Counted from the stretch's first letter, positions 1-11,007 are shown. The stretch is 64,000 nucleotides of DNA from Octopus sinensis (GCF_006345805.1 NC_043002.1:48112001-48176000), one strand, 5' to 3'. The notes: a model not told the origin generated them from the sequence alone. A program made the numbers and translations.

Positions 1-2049
1 CCTCAACTAATTTCGTTTGTCCTTTGCAACCATGCAAAAATGGATGTTAAAACAATGATGATGCTTGCTTCGTTCTGTCTTTGGAGCAAGAAATAATGAA
101 ATGAATTTTCTTAGCCAGTATCCATTTAGTGGACTGAAAATGAAGAAGTTTCTCATTCAAATGGTCAACCAAAAGGAAAGTATTGTCTCTAATTATTAGA
201 TCTCACCTCAGTTATATGCTCTCTATCTGGTTTTCTCATTTGGTAGAGTTCATAATATTTTCACTGGGAACCAAAGTTGAGCAGGCTATACATTCTAAGC
301 AAATCATTTGGAGTGTCTGTACTTTATTGCATATCCAAAGAGAACACCATGCTTTTGAAACAATTAGAATATATGCGAAGGGTAAGAGGATATGGTTCAT
401 AATGGTTTTGTAAGTCAAATAAATTCCATTTTCTTTTTAGTAAATGAGCTGAGGTAAAAATGATTCAAAGCAAATACCACACAGAAAGAAGAGAGTTAGA
501 AGCAACTCAGAAGGATGAATTTTAGGACATCAGTTCTTTCAGTCTCAGTTCACATATCAATAATATCAAATATGAAATAAATGGTACTGTTATTGTCTAT
601 ATCGTTAGCTACAAAAGTCACTTGCCCAATTCTATCCATTTAACTAGCAGATACCCTGAGTTTTAGAGACACAACAGCAATATTAATTACCTTTGATGGT
701 TGGCCTCATGAGAAAGCTTCTGCATTGTCACTAGACCTGTCTGGAATAGCAGCCAAATTTTTGTTAAATCATTCTTTATTCTATTTTTAAAATGTTGGGA
801 TGGTTATGATTAGAATGCCTTTGATCATAGGTCTGGTCAATTAAGGCTGACTTGGAGCTAAAAAAATAAACTATTGATCTTTCAAGACTTGAACTCTATT
901 GGAAAGTTGAAATTAATTCAAGATAATGTAAAAAATATGTTGGAATTGTCACATATTTCATTTGGCAGAGGCACATTATGACTTTGAATTAATTAGTTCT
1001 AACATATTGAACTTTGATGGGAATATTTTTCCATGTAACTTATCATAGAAGGTTGTGAACAACTCACTAAATTGACTCAAATAGATTGTACACCAATGCA
1101 TTTATAACAGACTGCAAAGTTGCCAAAATTATAATTAAATGTGATTGTAGTGAGGTAAAGTATGTGTCAGGCAATTGTTTAGGCTAATAATAGCAGTTTA
1201 TGAATGATTGCACATTAGGAAGTACAAATCAACAATTGTATTTTGGGCTACTCTTACCCAATACCAAGAATGGAATGATTACTTGTCTAGTTTAGGCTCA
1301 ATATTTTTTGTAACTCAGAGCTCAAGATGAGTACTGCAAAATTGAACAGAATGAGGACATTAAAGTTATTCATGATTGTAAACATTAAAAACTTGTTTTT
1401 AATGTATTTTGAGACATACTGCAAATGTGTCTAAGCTTAAAAACAGAGAGAACATAGCATTTGAAGTTTAATTTTTATAGATTAGATTTAAAACCAGTTA
1501 AATGCATTAGCAGAAAACAATCTAGTTGACTTTATAGAATCTGTTACTTAAAGGCAAACAAGAATCATTAACATTGGTAACATTTGTCTGGCTAAATACT
1601 ATGGATATGTGAGTAAGGTTACTTCTTGAAGTAAAATGACAAGAAAAATTATTTGAGAAATTGCAATAGAAGCTATTATTTCCACAGAAGCATCACTACA
1701 GCAGGTGTCCTATTACAGTTAAATCATCTTACTGTTTGCATCAGTCAAGCTGTCAATGAAACTGAAAGAAATTACTCAGATAATGAACATGAATTCAGCT
1801 GAGTGATTCACACACCCACTATATTTCTTGCTTTGTATGAGATTTACTTTCTAGTCAAATGACAAATCATTATAATGTATAGTTACAAATATTGGCTGTT
1901 TCTCATTATGCATCTCAAAAAATTGCTCATTGTACTATATTCAACCACAAATTAGAAATAAAGTATACAAATGACAATAGGATTATTTCATAATAATAGC
2001 TTGTTGGAGATGAAATCATTGAAAGCTAATGCTGGATATGTCTAATATG

Positions 2050-2592
2050 GTAAAATTTCTGGTAGATTTCTGGGTTAAGCACCCCATATAACCCCATATA
2101 TCTTTTTTAATTTTGGGAATTTTTCAGAAAATTTATGGAATTTGTGTTCTACACTCATGAATTCATACGATTATAAATGATTTTTTCTTTTATTTTGTAA
2201 CCCTTTCCCTCATGAATCCTAAAAGTTCTACTTTTCTCAATATCCTTTTTTAAATGAGAGTTTAAAATATGGACAGAGTGAATTTTTTGCTTAAATCCCA
2301 GCAATGGACCACCCTCAAGTGCATCATTAAATGTTTATGAGGACAAAAATATTGAAAAACATCAATACATGTCAGAGTGAAAAAAAAATAAAATGAAGCA
2401 AAGAAGGTATCAGGTGGTTGTGAGATAAGCTAAAAATAACAGCTAAATCGCCCTTAAATCACACAAATTTTTTTATTGGTTTTTCCAAATCGTATGAATT
2501 CTCATGTGTAGAACACAAATTTCAAAACATTTTCTGAAAATTCCAAAATATAAGGTGCTTAAACCAGAATTCAGTCAAATTTCTTATTTAAT
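2050..2592. mobile_element. MITE-like element with ~100-120 bp imperfect terminal inverted repeats
   Basis: 2050-2172 (...ttctgggttaagcacc...ggaatttttcagaaaat...tttgtgttctacac...gaattcatacgatt) is the imperfect reverse complement of 2488-2590 (aatcgtatgaattc...gtgtagaacacaaattt...attttctgaaaattcc...ggtgcttaaaccagaa); the interior is non-coding. Confidence 0.65.
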
Positions 2593-4659
2593 ACAGTTAA
2601 GTTACTCAGGTATTAAATACTGAGATAATCAGGGAAGTAATAATACTCTACATTAGTAAGTAGGTAAGATAGCATCAACACTTTTACAGTATGGAGCAAT
2701 AGAAAATTAAGAAGGAAATATACAAAAAAATTTTTAAATGTTATCAATTAATAAGTAATATTTAGTGGACTCAGTGAAGCAACACATAACTTGACTTGCT
2801 GAATTCAAATTTGATGGGTTAAATATGCCTTTTATTTACACAGCAAATGCAAAAAATAACTCTAAACATGAAGAAGTCTTATTCTGAGCCTATTAGCAAA
2901 CCATAGCCATCATCATAGAAATGAATTAATTGTCAAGTAAATTTACATAGACCTACAAAAATGGAATTGTTTAAAAATCAAATAACTCAAAGATAGACTA
3001 GACCTATTTTATGTGCTAACTATAAGTAATATCAAGTATGAGATTAAACATAATGTTTCTTTATTGAAAATGCTATTCAAACTATAAGTAGTATATTGTG
3101 GTTCAACCAGGTTAATTCTGATTCAACAGTCCTAAGATTAAAAATGTTCAAGTCCGGACACCATCTCACTTTCAAAGTCTATCTACAATGTTTACTTCAT
3201 ATATAATATAAAAGCAATTTTCATTATTCTATGTTTTCAACATCAGAAATAAAAACAGTCAGGTTAAAAATGACCAAAGAATATTTGCTCACCAGTGATA
3301 TTTTCCTAGTAATCACATTTAACCTGGCTATGTTTTTTTTTTGATACTATAAAGTATAGATTGTTTTAATGTTTAAAGGGGAGTAAAAGGTATATAATTT
3401 AATTTCACTGCTTGGTGGATACAGATAATTTAATCTGTAAAATGAAAAGACATCAGAAATAAAGGGTAAATTATATTATGATATTTTTATTTCTGCATTC
3501 ACTTTCAAATCATGTCAATATTGAGTTTATATTTTATCCTTCAGGAATCAATGGAGTAAGTATATGTAAGATTATATCAGCTATAACCTACCCCATTCTT
3601 TAAAAATTTGCTAATTTCTCCTTTTGAGACAAACACTAAGATTCTTTACATAGAAAAGATAATGTTAATTATACATAACATACTATAGACCTTATAAATA
3701 AGTTTTTATAAATGAAATTATTTCTATTCTTGCTCTAAACAATTTAATCATCATAGTCTTTGTAGAGAACCTTTCAACCTAACAACAAAACAATTTCCCT
3801 GTTGGCTTTATTTCTTTATAGTCAAGTTCAGAACAATCAGAATCACACATGTTCTTTCAACTGGGCTTCTGAATAAATTATCTGGTAGTGTATATTTAGT
3901 AATCAATAAAAAAAATTGCTAAATGCATCACAAGGCCAAGGAAATAATACACACAGTGTTAGAATATATTTCTAATTTTGCCCTACACCTTGAGATGGTT
4001 AATCCTGAATGGTAATTAATAGATAAATTTGTTGAAAGAGTGCAGCTATTGCTCAGACAGCCACAAAAGCTGTATGAGATGCTACTATGTGAAAATTGCA
4101 AATCTTTGTTATAATGGGTTCTGCATGTGTGTATATATATATGTATATAGGTGAGGGAGTTAGGATGTGAAAGCATGTGATTGGATGTATAAAATAGAGT
4201 GAAAAAACTACAGAAGATTTGTGTTATATGGTCAAAGAATGTATTTAAATTGTTATTTTAGGAAAATGTTATGAAATTTTGTGCAAAGTGACATTGTTTT
4301 TGGAGAAATAACCAGTTTCGTATTTTCTTTTCAAATTTCTCGAATTTCTTTATCAATATTGTGTCATCTCTTCGCTATGAAGTGAAGTATGAAAGTTCCA
4401 GACAAGGGAAGGTAATCAGGGATTTTTTCGGTATAAGGCAGATACTCAAAAATGTGTGGAATGATTAGGTTTTATGAATTTAACATGATTTGGTTTAGAA
4501 AGAATAGAATGTTAGAAGTGGTTAAGTTTTGCTTTATATTCTTTTCAAAGAGGTAAGTTTCCTTATTTAAAATTGCTAGAAATGGTTAAGTTTTTGGCAT
4601 ATATATTTCAATGAAGTAGGTTGCCTTATCTAATCTAACTTGTGTTGGTGTTCCAAAGG

Positions 4660-4966
4660 CACATTGATAAAATGGAAAGATTACAAATTATGGTAGCAGT
4701 TTTGTGAATTTCTCAATGTGTGCACTAAACAAAATCATTCTGTATTCTGGTAATGCACTCTGCTGTAGGTCCAGTGCATCTGAGCTATAATCCCATGGAT
4801 CCCATGTAGTTATTGTGGCAGCCCGAGCATCTTATAACATAAATCAGGTTTTCTGAGGCACAAGTAAAGTCAGATTTGATTTTGAATTTTTGTCCCTCTT
4901 TGAAAAGGAATTCTGATCCTTCTAGAAGGTTTGGGAATGTTGCACAATTTGGTCAACCACATTTCT
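4660..4966 (-). pseudogene. PLE GIY-YIG endonuclease remnant (copy 1)
   Basis: Manual translation: KCG*PNCATFPNLLEGSEFLFKEGQKFKIKSDFTCASENLIYVIRCSGCHNNYMGS. Confidence 0.85.
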
Positions 4967-5084
4967 TCACTTTTGTGTCCATTATTTTAGAAAATAATTT
5001 TGCTTTTGTGAGGGTATGTTTTAGTGGTTTCATTTGTTTGTGGTTTTTACTGATCTTGTATGTGTGTAAAATTTGGACTTTTCT

Positions 5085-5712
5085 TAAGTTTCTATGTTGA
5101 TTTGTGTTGCATGTCTGAGTCCATCCTCTATGAGTTGAACTGGGTAGTGTCTGTCAATCAGGGTGTTTTTGAGTCCTTGCAGTCTAAAGTTTCTGGTATT
5201 TTTTCTGACAATGTTGTGCATATCCTTCTTGCAAGGTTGAAAATGTTTGTTTTCGTGTGTCTTGGGTGGCATGAATTAGATAATAGATATTGTTTGGCAT
5301 GTGTGGTTTTGTAGAATATGTCTATTTCTATTTTTAGGTTTATTTTTTTAATTAGCATATCCAAGAATGGGAGCTCCTTTTGGTTGTATTCCATTGTGAA
5401 TTGTATGTTTGGGTTGATGCTGTTTAATAGTCTTTTGAATTTCAGGAGTTTGTCTGTGTTTTCATTCCAGAGGATGAAACAGTTGTCTAGGAATCTTTTT
5501 AAATTTTCTTTTATGTATTAGGAAAAAGGGTTTACAAAGGTAGATAAAGATTCCTGGTATATTATTATTTCCAGATAGGCCATTGTTAGGTTTGCAATGA
5601 CCGGGGCTGCCTTAGTGCCCACATGGCAATTATGGGTTTTATGTCGATAGAACGTATTATCAAACATGAAGTGGTTGTTTTGTAGGATGAATTCAACCAA
5701 TTCAATTCTTTG
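5085..5712 (-). pseudogene. PLE reverse transcriptase remnant (motif B' to thumb), with stops and frameshifts
   Basis: Track ORFs 5518..5700 and 5158..5394 joined across a stop; catalytic motif C reads FLDN instead of (Y/F)LDD. Confidence 0.9.
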
Positions 5713-6409
5713 CTGATCCTTTCATTATTTTTTGCAGGGGGCTAAAAAATGTTGGTTGTAGTTTTGTTTGCATGAGCTGTTTCTGAGGTTGTATGGGATT
5801 GGTCCAGGGGAATGGTGGTATTGTTGCCTCAGATTGTTATGTGTGTGTGGGTGTTTTGGTTAGTGATGTGTGTAACATTTCTGTATGTGGTATATTTTTG
5901 CTTGGAATTTCTTGTATGTGGGGTGTTTCTTGACCTAGTATTATTTTGTGCTGTTCTTGTGCTCAGTGGGGACCAGTAATTTTGGGTCATGTGATAGTAG
6001 TGCCTGGTATGTGGTGGTTTGTGTTGTTATGGGATGGTTATGCCTGGTATTGGGACGTTGTTGGTGTGTGTTGTTCCTGGTATACAGGTGATCATTAGAT
6101 TTGGTGTAATCTATTTCATAAATGTGTTTGTTGTCAGCTTGTTCACTGTTTAGTTTTGGGTGGTTCAAAAATGTTAGTGGGGGTTGGTGATTTATATTTA
6201 TGGTGTACAGAGGATAATGAGGTGGGTTGATGTTGACTAAGTGGTTAAAATTTGTGTGTTGTTCAGTTTTGTTTGTTATTTATATTTTTTTCTTTGGAAA
6301 AAAGGAAATTTCACAAAACATAAGATCATTAAAAGCCACAAACTGAAATCACTAAAAAAGATCCTCACAAAGGTAAAATCATTTTCTAAAATAATGGACA
6401 CAAAAGAGA

Positions 6410-6735
6410 AGAAATGGGGTCAACCAAATTTTGCAACATGCCCAAGCCTTCTAGAAGGATCAGAATTCCTTTTTGAAAGAAGGACAAAAATTCAAAATCA
6501 AATCTGACTTTACTTGTGCCTCAGAAAACCTGATTTATAAGAGTTATAAGATGCTCAGGCTGCTACTAAAACTAACATAGGGTCCATGGAATTATCACTC
6601 AGATGCAGATGCACTCTGCACTGACAGCAAAGTGCATTCCCAGAATACAGAATGATTCTGTTTAGTGCACACATTGAAAAATGCACAAAGCAACTGCTAC
6701 CAATATTTGTAATCTTTCCATTTTATCAATGTACC
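6410..6735 (+). pseudogene. PLE GIY-YIG endonuclease remnant (copy 2, in inverted arm)
   Basis: The end of ORF 6241..6507 (WGQPNFATCPSLLEGSEFLF) and following frames (DFTCASENLI) mirror 4660-4966. Confidence 0.85.
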
Positions 6736-7196
6736 TTTGGAACACCAACACAAGTTAGATTAAATAAGGAAACCTACTTCATTGAAAAATATAAGCCAAA
6801 ACTTAACCATTTCTAGCAATTTTAAATAAAGAAACTTACCTCTTTGAAAAAAAATATAAAGCAAAACTTAACCACTTCTAACATTCTATTCTTTCTAAAC
6901 CAAATCATGTTAAATTAATAAAACCTAGTCATTCCCAACATTTTTGATTATTTCCCTTATACGGAAAAAATCCCTAATTACCTTCCCCTTTCTAGAACTC
7001 TCATACTTCACTTCATAGCAAAGAGATGACAATATTGATAAAGAAATTTCAGAAGAAAATACGAAACTGGTTTTTTCTCCCAAAACAATGTCACTTTGCA
7101 AAAAATTTTATAACATTTTCCTAACATAATGATTTAAATATATTCTTTAACCATATAACCTAAGTGTTCTGTAGTTTTTTTCACTCTATTTTGTCT

Positions 7197-7265
7197 TTAT
7201 ATATATATATATATATGTGTCCAACCTATGCTAGCATGGAAAGCGGACGTTAAACGATGATGATA

Positions 7266-7319
<54 letters not shown>

Positions 7320-7404
7320 CATACAAATACATACATATACTTATACATACATATATATATATATACATAGATATACATATATACATAGATACACACACAT
7401 ATAT

Positions 7405-7441
<37 letters not shown>

Positions 7442-7461
7442 ATATATATATATATATATAC
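7197..7461. repeat. (TA)n/(TACA)n microsatellite containing an RTE-type 3' tail fragment
   Basis: TA tracts flank tccaacctatgctagcatggaaagcggacgttaaacgatgatgat (7220-7265), the tail shared by many repeats in the window. Confidence 0.9.
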
Positions 7462-7491
7462 GCGAGAAAGAAGCAACAAGAATGGATAAGT

Positions 7492-7582
7492 TTTTAGTAC
7501 AATCGTTTCATACAAGGGCAGGCTTTATTAAAAGTTGCAAAAATTGCAGCATATAAACGTGTCCCGTACTCATCAGCTAAAA
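7492..7582 (-). ncRNA. Type I hammerhead ribozyme (sense to PLE ORF, in 3' pLTR)
   Basis: The minus strand reads UUUUAG-CUGAUGA-GUAC...GUAU-GAAA-C-GAUU-G-UA^CUAAAA: 6-bp stem I, intact core, long stem II, minimal stem III, GUA cleavage triplet. Confidence 0.85.
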
Positions 7583-9071
7583 TACATGTGAGTTCTCTAG
7601 ACATCTTAGTGGTTGAGGCTATACTCATGAAGTAATGTAGATAATTAAGTAACATAAACAGATTTCCAAAGTTCATTAAAGTTCTTTAAAGATGATGTAC
7701 AGTCTTATCACAGAATTTAAAAAAAGTTTTAATAGCATCACAGAGAAGGTGACTTAATCCATAGTGTACATATGAATTTCCAGAGATATGAGGAGGGATT
7801 ACATACTCACAGATGACAAATTTATCCATGGCCAATCACAACGAGGTGGGTCTCAATTCCTGCTTATTAGCATTACAGAGAGGGTGAATTAATCCTTTGT
7901 ATAGATGCACAATTTCCCATGGTGTAGATGTAAATTTCCAGAGAAATGAAGAGGAATTTCATATTCACAGACGATAAATTTATCAATGGTTGAACACAAT
8001 GAGGTAGGTATCAATTCTTGCTATATGATTAGGTATTTGCCACATTAATCACATTACTGCTATTTTCAAGAGACTGTAGCTATTTAACTTTTAAAGGCTA
8101 AAGGGCTTTCTAGAGAGGCAAAGAACAGAAAGGGAAGGAAAGAGAGGAAAAGAGAGAAAATAAAGGAGGAGGGAGCAAAAAGGGGGGGGGGAGACTAGAA
8201 GAGAAGAGAAAAGGAAAAAGAAAAAAGAAAAAAGAGAATAAGAAGAAGAAAAAGAAAAAAAAGAAAAAAGAGAAAGAAAAGAAAGAGGGAAAGAAGGGAG
8301 AAAAGAAAAAGAAAAAGAGGGTTCTAGTTATACAGAAGTATTAGTAGACGGCAAGTCTGGTTTTAATTTGCAGGCATCTAGGAACTAGAGGAGAATATTA
8401 TTCCTTGACCAGTAAAACAGCTAATTTATTGCTAACGTGACACCGTTGAAAGCAGCTATGAATTTAAAGAGAATCTAAAGAGATAACAAGGTTAGGGGTA
8501 TAGGAGTCAAAGGCTAAAATCAAAAGAAAATACATTAGGAAAATCTAAGTATAATCTTATCAAAAAGTCATTAAAATTTATTTATTTAATTTATTCGTTT
8601 TACTGTCTTAAGGAGTTGCCGTTATTTTTCATACATTGACGGACTACAGGTCAAATCTTAGAAGATCATTTACAAGGTGTTAGGGAATTGTCTATCATAA
8701 TGAAGATATTCATACTATCATCGAGGGAGTAGCCTTATTTATTTAATTTTGAAATAGAATTATGAGGCTTTAGTAACTCATTTTATTTTATTAAAGTTAT
8801 GTTACTTAAATTAGATTAAGTTAAGAATTAAAAATTAAAAATTAAAATTAAGATTTAAAATTAAGATTTAAAATTATGAATTTGAAATTAAATAAAGCCT
8901 CAATTAAGCAGCGTATAAGTACTATTCATTTCCCTGTTCTCAAAAAACTGATGCAGATATAAGGAAAAAGATAACTGTAGTGTGAGAACTCTTAGTTATC
9001 TACTTAAAGCAGTGCTATACTAGTAAAAATCAAGTTATATCTATCTATCTATCTAGCTACGAATATTCTAA

Positions 9072-9977
9072 TCATTTAAAATATTTTAAAGTCTTCAATT
9101 TAGCGTGGACACAAACTTGACCTAGTTCGATATGGTTATTCAATAAGTTTCTATGTTTTCTATGCTTTAGAATTTCATACGTCTCCATGGAGTATAGTTG
9201 GCAACCAACCCTGCTATTTTTATACGGAATTGCTCTCCTAACTATTTCCCAATTAAGGTTATAATTATCGTTATTATTTTTGAGTTCCCAGATTTTGTTT
9301 GAAAGTGTGGTGGTACCAGCTTTATGACGTAATTTAAAAGATGAGATGTGATTTCTAACTCTGGCTAGAAAATTAATTGTACATCCAATGTAAAAATATT
9401 TGTTATTCTCCGTGGATATGGTACATTTATAGATTACGTTATTTTCCCCGCATAGACCAGGTGCCGGGCATTTTGATTTTATTCTACACTTACACACAGG
9501 AGGAACAACTTCAGGTTTTGGATTATTCTTGGGTAGATGTCTTAGGTTCCTATTATTTTGATTATCATGAGTATAATTGTCCTTATTGTTATTAATATTT
9601 TTATAGTTGGTGCTGATATCTAAAGTATTGCTATTATTTATTGATCCTTCTGTTTCATCTTTTAGGTCTAAAGTCCTACCATGATTTTTTATATTATTGG
9701 TAATGTTACTATTATTGTTAGTCTTTTTATCCGACTGCATATTGTTGTTATAGATATCACTGATATTTTCATTCTCCTTATTTTCTCCATTAGCCTTATT
9801 TCTATTATTTCTATTATTAACATTATTACTTCTATTAATATCGGTATTGTTATTATTACTATTAATGTTAATGTTATTAGTCATTCTGTGGTTACTAATT
9901 TCACCCATGTTTTGATAGTTACTATTGCTGTTTTTATTGTTGGTAGTATTATTATAATAATTGCTATTGGTATTCAT
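9072..9977 (-). CDS. Asn-rich region plus PLE-type GIY-YIG endonuclease (301 aa, probably a truncated PLE ORF)
   Basis: CKCRIKSKCPAPGLC knuckle, NVIY..YFYIGCT (GIY/YIG), RVRNHISSF, TTTLSNKIWELK, CQLYSMETYEI, LLNNHIELGQVCVH. No stop; the frame stays open upstream to the pLTR junction at ~10004. Confidence 0.85.
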   Translation of the reverse strand: MNTNSNYYNNTTNNKNSNSNYQNMGEISNHRMTNNININSNNNNTDINRSNNVNNRNNRNKANGENKENENISDIYNNNMQSDKKTNNNSNITNNIKNHGRTLDLKDETEGSINNSNTLDISTNYKNINNNKDNYTHDNQNNRNLRHLPKNNPKPEVVPPVCKCRIKSKCPAPGLCGENNVIYKCTISTENNKYFYIGCTINFLARVRNHISSFKLRHKAGTTTLSNKIWELKNNNDNYNLNWEIVRRAIPYKNSRVGCQLYSMETYEILKHRKHRNLLNNHIELGQVCVHAKLKTLKYFK

Positions 9978-10334
9978 GCTGATATTATTATTTTTATTTC
10001 TATATTGTGCATCTATACAAAGGATTAATTCACCCTCTCTGTAATGCTAATAAGCAGGAATTGAGACCCAGCTCGTTGTGATTGGCCATGGATAAATTTG
10101 TCATCTGTGAGTATGTAATCCCTCCTCATATCTCTGGAAATTCATATGTACACTATGGATTAAGTCACCTTCTCTGTGATGCTATTAAAACTTTTTTAAA
10201 ATTATGTGATAAGACTGTACATCATCTTTAAAGAACTTTAATGAACTTTGGAAATCTGTTTATGTTACTTAATTATCTACATTACTTCATGAGTATAGCC
10301 TCAACCACTAAGATGTCTAGAGAACTCACATGTA

Positions 10335-10425
10335 TTTTAGCTGATGAGTACGGGACACGTTTATATGCTGCAATTTTTGCAACTTTTAATAAAGCCTGCC
10401 CTTGTATGAAACGATTGTACTAAAA
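10335..10425 (+). ncRNA. Type I hammerhead ribozyme (in inverted 5' pLTR)
   Basis: ttttag 10335-40, CTGATGA 10341-47, gtac/gtat stem II base, GAAA 10408-11, C-gatt-G-TA 10412-19, ctaaaa 10420-25; identical to the 7492-7582 copy. Confidence 0.85.
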
Positions 10426-10568
10426 ACTTATCCATTCTTGTTGCTTCTTTCTCGCTTATAATCACCCCACATTACTGTATTGTTAAAATCGTATAGTTTT
10501 TGGTGCATCTAAGTTAGGTACCATATTCAAGTAAATTCATTTAAATTGACTTGAATCTTTATTGCTTT

Positions 10569-10614
<46 letters not shown>

Positions 10615-10617
<3 letters not shown>

Positions 10618-10803
10618 CCACGTGTGTATCGTTGGTGATTTTCTTTCTCTATCTTTCCTTGTTTGGATTTTTTCTTTATTTCTGATGAAGAGCTCCGCTT
10701 GAAAATGAAATGCTCTTTTTTCCCTTTCGTTTCTTGAGCGTTCAATAACACAGTCCTTGTACCATGTCCTTGTGTTGTTGTTTTTTCTTGCTTGGATTGA
10801 CTA
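10615..10803 (+). mobile_element. Short PLE-type 3' tail with degenerate HHR motif
   Basis: tttCTGATGAagagctccgcttGAAA at 10679-10704 (gagc/gctt stem II), then a T-rich tail ending in microsatellite. Confidence 0.55.
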
Positions 10804-10967
10804 TATACATATACACATATACATGTACATATATATACATGTGTATATATATATATATACATGTGTGTGTATATATATACATTTGTGTATATATATACAT
10901 GTGTGTATATATATATATATATATACATGTGTGTGTATATATATACATTTGTGTATATATATATACA

Positions 10968-11007
<40 letters not shown>

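Larger units (their letters stand above)
4150..7196 (-). mobile_element. Decayed Penelope-like retroelement (Neptune-type linker) with a long inverted 5' duplication
   Basis: The minus strand gives RT motifs (ELVEFILQNNHFMFDNTFY...VGTKAAPVIANLTMAYLE; KRFLDNCFILW; ELPFLDML; IFYKTTHAKQYLLSNSCHPRHTKTNI), then KCG*PNCAT...FTCASENLIYVIRCSGCHNNYMGS (GIY-YIG). ~4191-5085 is the reverse complement of ~6297-7193. Both ends abut TA/CA microsatellite. Confidence 0.9.
7462..10568 (-). mobile_element. Young 5'-truncated / RT-less Penelope-like element with inverted pseudo-LTRs
   Basis: 7462-7913 and 10004-10455 are 452-bp inverted copies with about 3 differences by manual comparison; they enclose a GIY-YIG ORF; both outer ends run into (TA)n. 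Confidence 0.92.

Noticed and set aside
3545-3555. 11-nt micro-exon candidate (ttatccttcag|gaatcaatgga|gtaagt)
   Set aside because: Good splice signals, but such pairings are expected by chance in 64 kb of AT-rich DNA; no supporting exons.
7494-7676. Identical 60-aa ORF at 7494..7676 (-) and 10241..10423 (+)
   Set aside because: A by-product of the inverted pseudo-LTR; it overlaps the hammerhead and has no protein motif.
9060-9074. Possible selenocysteine read-through at the TGA ending the GIY-YIG ORF (some PLE clades encode selenoproteins)
   Set aside because: The TGA follows the normal domain end, another stop comes five codons later, the conserved Cys use ordinary codons, and I could not identify a SECIS.
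9681-10028. Hydrophobic Ile-rich ORF resembling a membrane protein
   Set aside because: It is the antisense reading of the AAT-rich (Asn) tract.
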